NCBI GenBank assembly: GCA_036383735.1
Contig: DASVNS010000240.1
Span: forward strand, 8,520 to 72,519
DNA from: Phenylobacterium sp.
GTDB taxonomy: Bacteria; Pseudomonadota; Alphaproteobacteria; Caulobacterales; Caulobacteraceae
Direction: 5' to 3'
Length of the DNA: 64,000 nucleotides
Part shown: positions 42,109-51,345 of the stretch, one piece after another
Position numbering within the stretch: position 1 is the stretch's first letter
Layout of the letters: each line of letters opens with the position of its first letter
Notes under the pieces: model-generated
The model's input: only the letters and a program-made list of their open reading frames with translations
Databases searched by the model: none
What the model was told of the DNA's origin: nothing
Translations under genes and position numbers: made by a program

Positions 42109-42418
42109 TCAGGCGCCGGTCGCGCAGATAACGACCGCGCGCCGGGTCGGCGCAATCGCGTTCGCCACGATCGTCTTCACCCTCGGCCTGGCCGAACCGG
42201 CCCTCGCCCAGAACGTCGAAGGGCTCCTTCAAAACGTCCTGGACCTCCTCACCGGCAATACGGCCCGGCTGCTCGCCGTCATCGCCGTCGTGCTCCTGGG
42301 GATCGCCTGCATGTTCGGCCTTTTCGACTGGCGCCGCATCGCCATCGTCGTCGTCGGGATCGTCGTGGTGTTTGGCGCCGCGGAGATCGTCAACCTGCTG
42401 ACGGGCGGCGCGGCCTAA
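42083..42418 (+). CDS. virB2: VirB2 pilin
   Basis: EPALAQ cleavage site; two hydrophobic helices; FGA. Confidence 0.92.
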   Translation: MMSSQAITSQAPVAQITTARRVGAIAFATIVFTLGLAEPALAQNVEGLLQNVLDLLTGNTARLLAVIAVVLLGIACMFGLFDWRRIAIVVVGIVVVFGAAEIVNLLTGGAA

Positions 42419-42482
42419 CGGCCCGCCGTCCCGCCGCGCGGCTCCGGGGGGCTGGCGTGCGGCGGGTGGAGATCCCCCCGTC

Positions 42483-42821
42483 ATGGACGACGACGAACGC
42501 ATCACCGAAGACACCTTGTTCCTGGCCTGCACGCGGCCGGCCATGGTCCTGGGCGTCCCTGTCGAAGCGATGGCGATGAACGTCATCGTCACCGGCTTCA
42601 TCTACCTGGTCGGACACAGCCTGCTCTACTTGAGCGTCGGCGTGGCGCTGCACTTCATCTTCCGCGCCATCGTCAAGCACGACCACAACGCCTTCCGGGT
42701 GCTGTTCATGTGGTTGGAGACGAAGGGCCGGGCCCGCAACCGCGGCTGGTGGGGCGGCAGTTCCCCTTCGCCCCTGAAGGTGCTGCGCCACTACAACAAG
42801 AAGGACTTCCCGAATGGGTAA
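42483..42821 (+). CDS. virB3: VirB3
   Basis: LFLACTRPAMVLGVP. Confidence 0.93.
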   Translation: MDDDERITEDTLFLACTRPAMVLGVPVEAMAMNVIVTGFIYLVGHSLLYLSVGVALHFIFRAIVKHDHNAFRVLFMWLETKGRARNRGWWGGSSPSPLKVLRHYNKKDFPNG

Positions 42822-45219
42822 GGCTGCGGCCCTCCGTGTCGCCCCGACGGCGCGCGCGCCTACCGGTGTCCTGAAGCGCGAGACCGAGCTGGGGAACAAC
42901 CTCCCCTACGCCCGGCACGTCTCGGACCACGTCGTCGCGCTCGACAGCCGGGCCTTGATGATCTGCTTCAAGCTCGATGGCGCGTCCTTTGAGACCGCCG
43001 ACGTACGCGACATCAACGACTGGCACGCCAAGCTCAACAACGCTTGGCGCAATCTGGCCGACGAACGCCTGGCGATCTGGACTCACATCGTGCGCCGTGA
43101 GGATCGCGGCTATCCCGAGGGCAAGTTCCGCTCCGACTTCGCCCGCGGCCTTGACGCCGAGTACCGCAAGCGGGTCACCGGGACGCGGCTCTTCACCAAC
43201 GACCTCTATGTCACCCTTGTGCTGCACCCCGGCCGCGATGCGGCCGAACGCGCCGCGGCCTTCTTCAGTCGCCTGCGGGTCCGCAACAAGGCGGGCCTCG
43301 AGGTGGACGAGGATGCGATCCGCACCCTCGAAGACAAGGGGCGGGACCTCCTTCAATACCTCTCACGGTATGGCGTGCGGCCGCTGGGCCTCTACGAGCA
43401 CAACGGCCTCTGGTTCTCCGAGCCCATGGAGCTGCTGCACCTGGTGCTCACCGGACGCCCGCAGCGTATGCCGCTCGTCCGCGGCCATCTGGGCCACGCG
43501 CTCTACACCTGCCGGGTGATCTTCGGCCGCGAGGCGCTGGAGATCCGCGAGCCGGGCGAGGAGAAGTTCGCCGGCATCTTTGGCGTCAAGGAATACCCCG
43601 CGGCCACCCGGCCCGGGCTCTGGGATGGGCTTCTGCGCGCCAAGTACCCGTTCGTTGCGACCCAGTCGTTCGCCTTCCTGTCGAAGGCCTCGGCGCGCGC
43701 GATCATGGAGCGCAAGCAGAACCAGCTCATCAAAGCCAACGACCGGGCGCACTCCCAGGTCGACGGCCTCAACGACGCCATAGACGATCTGGTGAGCAAC
43801 CGCTTCGTCATGGGCGAGCATCAGTTCTCTATGCTGGTCTACGGCGCCAGCACCAAGGAGCTGGCCGACAACATGTCGGCCGCGCGCGCCACCCTGGCGG
43901 ACTCCGGCCTCGTCGTGGCGCGGGAGGACCTGGCGTTGGAAGCGGCCTTCTGGGCCCAGTTCCCCGGCAACTTCGCCAAACGCAGCCGTCCGGCGGCGAT
44001 CAACTCCCGCAATTTCGCGGCGCTGTCGCCGTTTCACACCTATCCGTCCGGCCGACCGAGCGGGAACCATTGGGGCCCGGCGGTCGCGCTCCTGCGCACT
44101 TCGGCCCTCTCGCCGTTCTACTTCAACTTCCACGCCGGCGACCTCGGCCACACCTTCATCTGCGGCCCGTCCGGGTCGGGCAAGACCGTCGTCCAGAACT
44201 TCATGCTCGCCCAGCTCGAGAAGTTCGGCGTGCAGCAGGTCTTCATCGACAAGGACCGTGGCGCCGAGATTTTCATCCGTGCGTCCGGCGGCGCCTACCT
44301 GACCCTGAAGAATGGCGTGCCCACGGGCTTCGCCCCGTTCAAGGCGCTGGAATACAACCCCGCCAACCTCGTTTTCCTCTCGCAGCTGGTCCGCAAGCTC
44401 GTGACCCCGCACGATCGGCCGTTGAGCGTGCAGGAGGAACGGCTGATCGCCGACGGCATCGCCGCCCTGCAGCCCATGGAGCCCCGCCAAAGGTCGCTGC
44501 TCGCGTTGCGTCAGCTCCTCGGCCAGCGCGACGCCGAAGGGATCGGGGCCCGGCTGGAGAAATGGACCCGGGCCGGCGCTCTCGGCTGGGTCCTCGACAA
44601 TGACGCCGACCAGGTTTCGCTCGATGGCCGCCTGCTCGGGTTCGACATGACGGACTTCCTGGACAACGCCGAGGTCCGCACGCCGATCATGATGTACCTC
44701 GTCCACCGGCTCGAAGCCCTGGTGGATGGGCGTCGCCTCGTGGTCGACATCGACGAGTTCTGGAAGGCGCTGGGCGACGAGAGCTTCCGCGGTCTCGCCC
44801 AGGATGGGCTCAAGACCTACCGGAAGAAGAACGCCTTCATGGTGTTCGGCACACAAAGCCCGGCCGATGTCCTCCGCTCTGAGATCTCGCACACGATCTT
44901 GGAGCAATGCCCCACCAAGATCTTCCTGCCGAACCCCTATGGCCAGGCCCGCGACTACGTCGACGGCTTTGGCCTCACCCGTGAAGAATTCCGGCTGATC
45001 CGCGAGGAGCTTTCGCCGGAGTCGCGGATGTTCCTCGTCAAGCAGGGACACAACTCCGTGGTCGTGGAGCTGAACCTCAACGGCCTCGAGGACGAGCTGG
45101 CGGTCCTGTCCGGCCGGGCGGAGACCGTCGAGCTGCTGGACCGCATGCGAGCCCAGCATGGCGACGACCCGGCCGTTTGGGGGCCGATCTTCCACCAAGA
45201 GCGACGGAGAATCCTATGA
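42814..45219 (+). CDS. virB4: VirB4 ATPase
   Basis: GHTFICGPSGSGKT, DKDRG, DEFW, RKKN, TQSP. Confidence 0.96.
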   Translation: MGKAAALRVAPTARAPTGVLKRETELGNNLPYARHVSDHVVALDSRALMICFKLDGASFETADVRDINDWHAKLNNAWRNLADERLAIWTHIVRREDRGYPEGKFRSDFARGLDAEYRKRVTGTRLFTNDLYVTLVLHPGRDAAERAAAFFSRLRVRNKAGLEVDEDAIRTLEDKGRDLLQYLSRYGVRPLGLYEHNGLWFSEPMELLHLVLTGRPQRMPLVRGHLGHALYTCRVIFGREALEIREPGEEKFAGIFGVKEYPAATRPGLWDGLLRAKYPFVATQSFAFLSKASARAIMERKQNQLIKANDRAHSQVDGLNDAIDDLVSNRFVMGEHQFSMLVYGASTKELADNMSAARATLADSGLVVAREDLALEAAFWAQFPGNFAKRSRPAAINSRNFAALSPFHTYPSGRPSGNHWGPAVALLRTSALSPFYFNFHAGDLGHTFICGPSGSGKTVVQNFMLAQLEKFGVQQVFIDKDRGAEIFIRASGGAYLTLKNGVPTGFAPFKALEYNPANLVFLSQLVRKLVTPHDRPLSVQEERLIADGIAALQPMEPRQRSLLALRQLLGQRDAEGIGARLEKWTRAGALGWVLDNDADQVSLDGRLLGFDMTDFLDNAEVRTPIMMYLVHRLEALVDGRRLVVDIDEFWKALGDESFRGLAQDGLKTYRKKNAFMVFGTQSPADVLRSEISHTILEQCPTKIFLPNPYGQARDYVDGFGLTREEFRLIREELSPESRMFLVKQGHNSVVVELNLNGLEDELAVLSGRAETVELLDRMRAQHGDDPAVWGPIFHQERRRIL

Positions 45220-45965
45220 GAACGCGACTCCTCGGGGCGGCGGCGGCCGCCTTGATGCTGGCGGCCGCGGCGCCGGCCTCGGCGCAAATGACCGTGACTG
45301 ACCCCGGCGCCTACGTCCGGATGCTGCGACAGCTCAATGAGGCGAGAGCCCAACTGCAGGAGCTTCAGACGCAGGTTCAGCAAGGAACCGAGCTGATCTC
45401 CCAAGGCCAGCGGCTCTACGACGATTTCAACAAGCTGACCAACGTGAACAGCCTCGCCGGCGTCCTGAACAATCCAGCGCTGCGGCGTTACCTGCCCGCA
45501 GAAGTGCAGGACACCTCTCGCCTGCTCAATGGCACGCTGTCGGACCTCGGCTCGATCGGCACCCGCGCCTCGTCCATCCGCGACGCCAACCGCCTCTTCA
45601 CGCCGGTCACGTCCGGGCTCTCGACGGTCGAACAATATTACCAGGACTCCCTCGTGAAATCCGGCGACCGCGCCGCACGAGACATCGCCTTGGGCGAGAG
45701 CGCCTACCGCACCGCCGCCCAGCGGCAAGCCGGCCTCGACGAGCTCCGGATGGCCCTGAGCAATGCCAGGACCGCGAAGGAGGTCATGGACCTTCAGGCG
45801 CGGATCGACGCCGAACAGGCGCTGATCGCGAACGACCAGATGCAGCTCCAAGGCCTCGCGATGATGCAGGACGCCGAGCGCCGGCTGGCGGAGCAGCGCG
45901 ACCGTGAGGCGCGGGCCGCCATGTATCGTCAAACGATGGACGACTACCGGGCGGGCTTCCAATGA
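45216..45965 (+). CDS. virB5: VirB5
   Basis: Signal peptide; VTDP; KEVMDLQARI. Confidence 0.9.
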   Translation: MRTRLLGAAAAALMLAAAAPASAQMTVTDPGAYVRMLRQLNEARAQLQELQTQVQQGTELISQGQRLYDDFNKLTNVNSLAGVLNNPALRRYLPAEVQDTSRLLNGTLSDLGSIGTRASSIRDANRLFTPVTSGLSTVEQYYQDSLVKSGDRAARDIALGESAYRTAAQRQAGLDELRMALSNARTAKEVMDLQARIDAEQALIANDQMQLQGLAMMQDAERRLAEQRDREARAAMYRQTMDDYRAGFQ

Positions 45966-46192
45966 GAGCAGCCGGCGCCCCGCTCATACTTCCGCTGCTG
46001 GTTGGCCTCGCCGCATGCCAGCCGGAGCCGCGCTCAGCCTCCTATTTCGAGGCGCATCCGCAAGAGCGAGTCGAGGTGGTCGCGGACTGTCGCATCGGCA
46101 CCCACCGTGGCGAGGAGTGCAAGAACGCTCAATTCGCCGCCGAGAAGGCCGCCCGCACCAAAACTATGAACGACTACAGGAGCGGCTTTTAG
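45962..46192 (+). CDS. EexN-like entry-exclusion lipoprotein
   Basis: LAAC lipobox; RSASYFEAH..C......ECKNA; between virB5 and virB6. Confidence 0.85.
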   Translation: MRAAGAPLILPLLVGLAACQPEPRSASYFEAHPQERVEVVADCRIGTHRGEECKNAQFAAEKAARTKTMNDYRSGF

Positions 46193-46204
46193 CCGCCGAG
46201 CGCC

Positions 46205-47164
46205 ATGCCAGCATCCATCTTTCAGCCAGCCTACGACTATGTGGACTCGCGGCTGACGGCGGTCCTGACGGACGGCCTGGGCAACGTGATTGCGCAAGTA
46301 GCCGGTCCGCTGCGCGTGGCGCTCATCCTGTACATCGTGCTCTGGGCGTACTCGGTGCTCGCAGGACGGATCACCGAGCCGGTGATGGATGGCGTACTCA
46401 GGCTCGTGAAGCTCTGTTTCATCTACGCCGTAGCAACAACCGTCGCCTACAATACTTACGTCACTGATCCGCTATTCAACGACCTCCCTAACTGGCTTGC
46501 CGAAGCGATTAGCGGAAGTGGCGCGCCGAGCGTCGGAGCTGCCTTCGACACTTTTTTCAATCGTGGCGGTTACCTCGCGACGAAGATCTTCAACAGCGCC
46601 ACTCTGACGGACCCCGGGCCTTATGTTACCGGCGCCGTTGTCTGGGTCGTCACCGCGCTTACGGCTGCACTTGGCTTCGGCATTGTCATGCTGGCGAAGG
46701 TCGCGCTCGCGGTCCTGGTGGCGCTCGGACCGATCTTCATCGCGTGCCTCGTATTTGAAGCATCGCGCATGTTCTTCTACGGCTGGCTGAAGCAAGGCGT
46801 GAACTACCTGATCCTGTTCGCGCTGATCATCACCGTTTTCCAAATCATCCTTGCCTTGGTCGAAGGCCAGTGGGGAAACATTGACGGCCAGGCAGATCCC
46901 AATGCAGCCGGGCTGCTCTTCATCGCCTTGTGCCTGTTGGGCGCGATCTTCTTCCTCCAGACCCCCAATATCGCCGCGGGCATCGCGGGAGGCGCAGCGG
47001 CCGGCGTCGGTGATTTCGCGAACGCTGCGCGGGGCGCGCTAGGCGGTCAGCCCGGGCAACCTGCTTCTGCCGGGGGCGGTCGGAGCCCGCGGGGCGCAGG
47101 CGGCGGGTCAGTGAATCCGACGCGCCAGACCACGGCCAGCCGCAACGGCCACCCTCGCCGATGA
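46205..47164 (+). CDS. virB6: VirB6
   Basis: Polytopic; LGPIFIACLVF..FYGWL; IAAGIAGG. Confidence 0.92.
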   Translation: MPASIFQPAYDYVDSRLTAVLTDGLGNVIAQVAGPLRVALILYIVLWAYSVLAGRITEPVMDGVLRLVKLCFIYAVATTVAYNTYVTDPLFNDLPNWLAEAISGSGAPSVGAAFDTFFNRGGYLATKIFNSATLTDPGPYVTGAVVWVVTALTAALGFGIVMLAKVALAVLVALGPIFIACLVFEASRMFFYGWLKQGVNYLILFALIITVFQIILALVEGQWGNIDGQADPNAAGLLFIALCLLGAIFFLQTPNIAAGIAGGAAAGVGDFANAARGALGGQPGQPASAGGGRSPRGAGGGSVNPTRQTTASRNGHPRR

Positions 47165-47195
47165 CACTTTCCCTCGCCCCTCAGGAGACCACCAC

Positions 47196-47552
47196 GTGTT
47201 GCGTACACTGACCCTGACGGCCTGCGCGTTCACGCTGGTGGCCTGCTCGACCACCAGCACGTCCAAGCCCAAGTCTTGCGACGGCCACAGCCGCCGGCCC
47301 GTCAACGTCTATGGCTCGATCCTCCCTGGCTCGCCGGTGCCGGCGACCACGGCGCCCGTCCCGGCCCCGCCCACACCCGGCCCGAACGGCAAGCCCGCGA
47401 AGCCGGCAAAGAACACGGCAGCGCCGCCCAAGGTGCCCGGCGTGGTTCCTAAAACCCCGACAAGTGGATCGGCTCGGCCGGAAGCGAAACCGCGGCGAGT
47501 TTCGGCGCTGCCGCAAGCCTTCCCGAGCTGCGCACAGGAGGGCCGCGGATGA
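47196..47552 (+). CDS. virB7: VirB7-like lipoprotein with Pro-rich extension
   Basis: LVAC lipobox; CDGHSRRPVN; position. Confidence 0.65.
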   Translation: MLRTLTLTACAFTLVACSTTSTSKPKSCDGHSRRPVNVYGSILPGSPVPATTAPVPAPPTPGPNGKPAKPAKNTAAPPKVPGVVPKTPTSGSARPEAKPRRVSALPQAFPSCAQEGRG

Positions 47553-48229
47553 CCGGCGTCCCTGCAGACGATCTCAAAGGCTATTTCGAAGAAGCCCGGC
47601 GCTGGGACCAGGACAGGATCCAAGCTGCGAATCGCTCAAAGAAGCTGGCCTGGACCATAGCTGCCGTCGCCAGCGCGCTTGCGGTCGCGTCGATCGGCGC
47701 CGTGGCGGCGCTCGCGCCCCTGAAGACGGTCGAACCTTTTGTGGTGCGCGTGAACCAGACGACCGGCGCTGTCGACGTCATGACCGGTCTGAAAGGCTCG
47801 CGCGACGTCACCTACAACGAGGCGGTCAGCAAATACTTCCTCGGGCAGTATGTGCGAGCCCGGGAGGGTTACCTGCCGCCGGCCGCGGAGGAGAACTTCA
47901 GGTTCGTCTCGATCATGTCGACGCCCGACGAGCAACAGCGTTGGGCCGACGCCTACCGGTCGACTAACCCGACGAGCCCGCAGGCCACCCTCGGCGCTGA
48001 TGGCGTCGCCACAGTGGCGATCCGCAACATCACCTTCATCAACCCCAAGGTGGCCAACGTCCGGTTCACGAGGACGGTACGCAAGGCCCAGGAGGTCCAG
48101 ACCAGCGATTGGATCGCCACGCTGACCTTCACCTACACTCAGGCCCCCATGCTGGAATCGGACCGACTGCGCAATCCGCTCGGCTTCCAAATCCAGAACT
48201 ACCGGGCCGATCCGGAGATCTCCCAATGA
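47549..48229 (+). CDS. virB8: VirB8
   Basis: PLKTVEPFVVRV, YVRAREGY, NPLGFQ. Confidence 0.95.
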   Translation: MTGVPADDLKGYFEEARRWDQDRIQAANRSKKLAWTIAAVASALAVASIGAVAALAPLKTVEPFVVRVNQTTGAVDVMTGLKGSRDVTYNEAVSKYFLGQYVRAREGYLPPAAEENFRFVSIMSTPDEQQRWADAYRSTNPTSPQATLGADGVATVAIRNITFINPKVANVRFTRTVRKAQEVQTSDWIATLTFTYTQAPMLESDRLRNPLGFQIQNYRADPEISQ

Positions 48230-49080
48230 TGCGGAAGCTGCTCGCCGCCGCCGCTTGCGCGGCGCTGACCACGGCCGCCACGCCAGCGGCCGCCGTCGAT
48301 GTCCCAAAGCCCGGCAAGGCGGACCCTCGGGTGAAGGAGGTCGACTATGACCCCAACCAGGTCGTCCGCGTCGTCGGGACGTTTCGCACGGCCACCCAGA
48401 TCATCTTGGGGCCGGGCGAGGAGATCCAGCATGTCGCGCTGGGCGACACCGTCTCGTGGGAGGTCGCGGCCGAGACCAACATTCTGTTCATCAAGCCACG
48501 CGAGAAGGGCACCCCCACCAATTTGATCGTGACGACCCGCCGCGGCGCGGAGCTGCGGAACTACACCTTCGAGCTCGGCATCCGCTCAGGCGCGATCACC
48601 GCCAACTCGCCTGACACCTACTTCCAGGTTCGTTTCCGCTATCCGCAGGACGAGCGCGCCGCCGCCGCCCAGGTTCTCGCCCGTCAGGCGGGCATGATTG
48701 AGAAAGCCCGAACCGGCCTGATGCTCGATCACGCCGTTGTCGAGGGTCCGCGGAACCTCAACTACACGATCCAGGGCTCATCGCGGCTGCAGCCGTCCGA
48801 AGTCTCCGACAACGGCCAGTTCACGGTGCTGAGGTTCCCGTCAAATCAGGAGCTCCCGGGCTTCTTCACCGTCAATCCGGACGGCTCCGAGAGCCAGGTC
48901 CCCTTCGATGTGCGCGATGAGTTCGTGGTGATCCACACCGTGGCGCCCAAGGTCGTCCTCCGCCGCGGCCGGGAAGTCCTCTGCATCTTCAACGAGGCTG
49001 TTCGGCCCTACGGCGTGAACCACGGGACCTACACCGCCTCGCCGTCCGTCGAACGCACAACCCGCAACCCGGGGCAATAG
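48226..49080 (+). CDS. virB9: VirB9
   Basis: DPRVKEVDY, NILFIKP, TNLIVTT, DNGQFT. Confidence 0.95.
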   Translation: MMRKLLAAAACAALTTAATPAAAVDVPKPGKADPRVKEVDYDPNQVVRVVGTFRTATQIILGPGEEIQHVALGDTVSWEVAAETNILFIKPREKGTPTNLIVTTRRGAELRNYTFELGIRSGAITANSPDTYFQVRFRYPQDERAAAAQVLARQAGMIEKARTGLMLDHAVVEGPRNLNYTIQGSSRLQPSEVSDNGQFTVLRFPSNQELPGFFTVNPDGSESQVPFDVRDEFVVIHTVAPKVVLRRGREVLCIFNEAVRPYGVNHGTYTASPSVERTTRNPGQ

Positions 49081-49084
49081 AGCC

Positions 49085-50341
49085 ATGAGCGACACCCACG
49101 ATCCCGGCGCGTCACGCCGGTCCGAAGACGATATCCGCAGCGACGCCGGCGCAGACGATCCGTTCAAGCGCCGCCGGGCCCAGGACGAATCGAATGTACC
49201 GCCCGAGTACCGCGAGCCCGAGCGCGCCGCTGGCGTTCCGGGTGAGCGCGGCATCACCCCGGTCGCCGGCCGCTTCAGCTCCAACCAAGCTAAAATGGCC
49301 GGCATCGCGGCGATGGTCGGCGGCGCCTCTCTCCTCCTGTTCCTCACCTGGGATCGGGGGGATGCCCAGAACAAGGATGAGCCGAAGGAGCCGGCGCGGC
49401 AGGTCGTGAGCTACGACCAGGTCGCGAAGACGCCGCCCCCGCCCCTTCCGCCGGCTCCCACGGCCGGAGGCGTCGCGCCCGGCGTGGATCCTCTGACGGG
49501 CCAGCCGCTGGCCCCTGGTCAGGTCGTGCCGGCCCCCGGTCCCTATGCCGGCGGGCCCGCCGGAGGGGCGACTGGCCAGGCGCGGGAGAGCCTGGCCGAT
49601 CTCTCCCGCCGCGCGCCGGTGATGGCGTTCAGCGCCTCAGGCGCCGGTCGGCCGACCAGCGCCTATGGCGCGCCGACGCTCGCCAGCATGGCGCAGGGTG
49701 AAGCCCCACCTCGCACACCGACGGAGCTGGAGAACCTACGCCGCGGATCGGCCATCAACACGGCTCGCGCCAAGGTCCTCGGCGATCGCAGCTACATGAT
49801 CCTGGCGGGCACGCAAATCCCGTGCGTCTTGCAGACGGCGATGGACTCTTCGCTCCCGGGCTACACGACCTGCATCATCCCGCGTGACGTGTTCTCGGAT
49901 AACGGCCGCGTCGTGCTGCTGGAGAAGGGCACGAAGGTCCTCGGCGAATATCGCGGGGGCATGCAGCGAGGTCAGCGCCGGCTTTTCGTCCTCTGGACGC
50001 GGGCCGTAACGCCTCGAGGCGTGGCGATCGACCTGGCCTCCCCCGCCGCCGACTCGCTGGGCCGCTCGGGCTTCGGCGGCGACCTCGACAATCGCTTCTT
50101 CGAACGGTTCGGCGGCGCGATCCTTCTCTCCCTCGTCGACGATGGGGTCTACATCGCGGCCCAGGGCGACCGGCGGGAGTTCCAGAACACCGTGCGCGTC
50201 CCCTCCGACGTGGCCGGCGTCGCCCTCCAGAACTCGATCAACCTGCCGCCCATCCTGCGGAAGAACCAGGGCGAGGACGTGGGGATCATGGTCGCCCAGG
50301 ACTTTGACTTCTCCGACGTCTACGGGGTCAGCGCACGATGA
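49085..50341 (+). CDS. virB10: VirB10
   Basis: GTQIPCVLQT, DSLGRSG, FFERFGGAIL, VAQDFDFS. Confidence 0.95.
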   Translation: MSDTHDPGASRRSEDDIRSDAGADDPFKRRRAQDESNVPPEYREPERAAGVPGERGITPVAGRFSSNQAKMAGIAAMVGGASLLLFLTWDRGDAQNKDEPKEPARQVVSYDQVAKTPPPPLPPAPTAGGVAPGVDPLTGQPLAPGQVVPAPGPYAGGPAGGATGQARESLADLSRRAPVMAFSASGAGRPTSAYGAPTLASMAQGEAPPRTPTELENLRRGSAINTARAKVLGDRSYMILAGTQIPCVLQTAMDSSLPGYTTCIIPRDVFSDNGRVVLLEKGTKVLGEYRGGMQRGQRRLFVLWTRAVTPRGVAIDLASPAADSLGRSGFGGDLDNRFFERFGGAILLSLVDDGVYIAAQGDRREFQNTVRVPSDVAGVALQNSINLPPILRKNQGEDVGIMVAQDFDFSDVYGVSAR

Positions 50342-51345
50342 ACGCGGACAGCTCCGTCCTCGTCCACTACCTGCAGCCGATCCAGCGCCTGCTGGAGCCA
50401 GCGGACGTCACGGAGCTCGTCATCAACCGGCCTGGCGAGGTCGGCGTGGAGGGCCCTGGCGGCTGGCGCTGGCACGAACTGCCGGACCTCACCCCGGCAT
50501 GGCTCGCCACCCTCGCCAATGCCGCGGCCGCCTTCACGCGCCAGGACGTCAATGCCGAGATGCCGATCTGCTCGACGGTCCTCCCGCAAGGGGAGCGCTG
50601 TCAGATCGTGCTTCCGCCGGCCGTCCCGGCCGACAGCGTCTCGATCACCATCCGCAAGCCGTCCAGCGTCACCTTCGGCATGGACGACTTCACCCGCGCC
50701 GGACTCTTCGAGGCGGCCAAGGCCGCCACCGACGAGCTGGACGAGACCGAAGGCGAGCTGCTGCGGCTGCGGGACGCCCGGACCTGGCCGGCCTTCTTCG
50801 AGCTGGCCGTGCGCGCAAGAAAGAACATCCTGATCAGTGGCGCCACCGGATCGGGCAAGACCACCTTCAGCAAGGGCCTCATCCAGCTTATCCCCGACCA
50901 TGAGCGCCTGCTGACGATCGAAGACACCCGTGAGCTGACGGTGCCTCATCGCAACGTCGTCCACCTCATCTATTCGAAGGATCAGCAAGGGCTCGCGAAG
51001 GTCGGGCCCAAGCAGCTCCTCGAAAGCGCGCTGCGGATGCGGCCTGACCGGATCTTGCTGCAGGAGCTGCGAGACGGAACCGCCTTTTTCTATCTTCGCA
51101 ACGTGAACTCGGGCCATCCCGGCTCGATCACTACGGTTCACGCCGATTCCGCTTCCCTCGCCTTCGAGCAACTAACCCTCCTCGTGAAGGAATCCGAGGG
51201 CGGCCGCGACTTGGGCCGCGAAGACATTCGCAGCCTCCTCCACCTGCTCGTCGATGTCGTCGTGCAGATGAAGAAGGTCGAAGGCCGCTTCCGGATGACG
51301 GAGCTCTACTATGACCCGGTTCGCAAGCGCCACGCCGGCCGGTAA
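50338..51345 (+). CDS. virB11: VirB11 ATPase
   Basis: GATGSGKTT, IEDTRE, LRMRPDRI, GHPGSITTVHA. Confidence 0.96.
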   Translation: MNADSSVLVHYLQPIQRLLEPADVTELVINRPGEVGVEGPGGWRWHELPDLTPAWLATLANAAAAFTRQDVNAEMPICSTVLPQGERCQIVLPPAVPADSVSITIRKPSSVTFGMDDFTRAGLFEAAKAATDELDETEGELLRLRDARTWPAFFELAVRARKNILISGATGSGKTTFSKGLIQLIPDHERLLTIEDTRELTVPHRNVVHLIYSKDQQGLAKVGPKQLLESALRMRPDRILLQELRDGTAFFYLRNVNSGHPGSITTVHADSASLAFEQLTLLVKESEGGRDLGREDIRSLLHLLVDVVVQMKKVEGRFRMTELYYDPVRKRHAGR

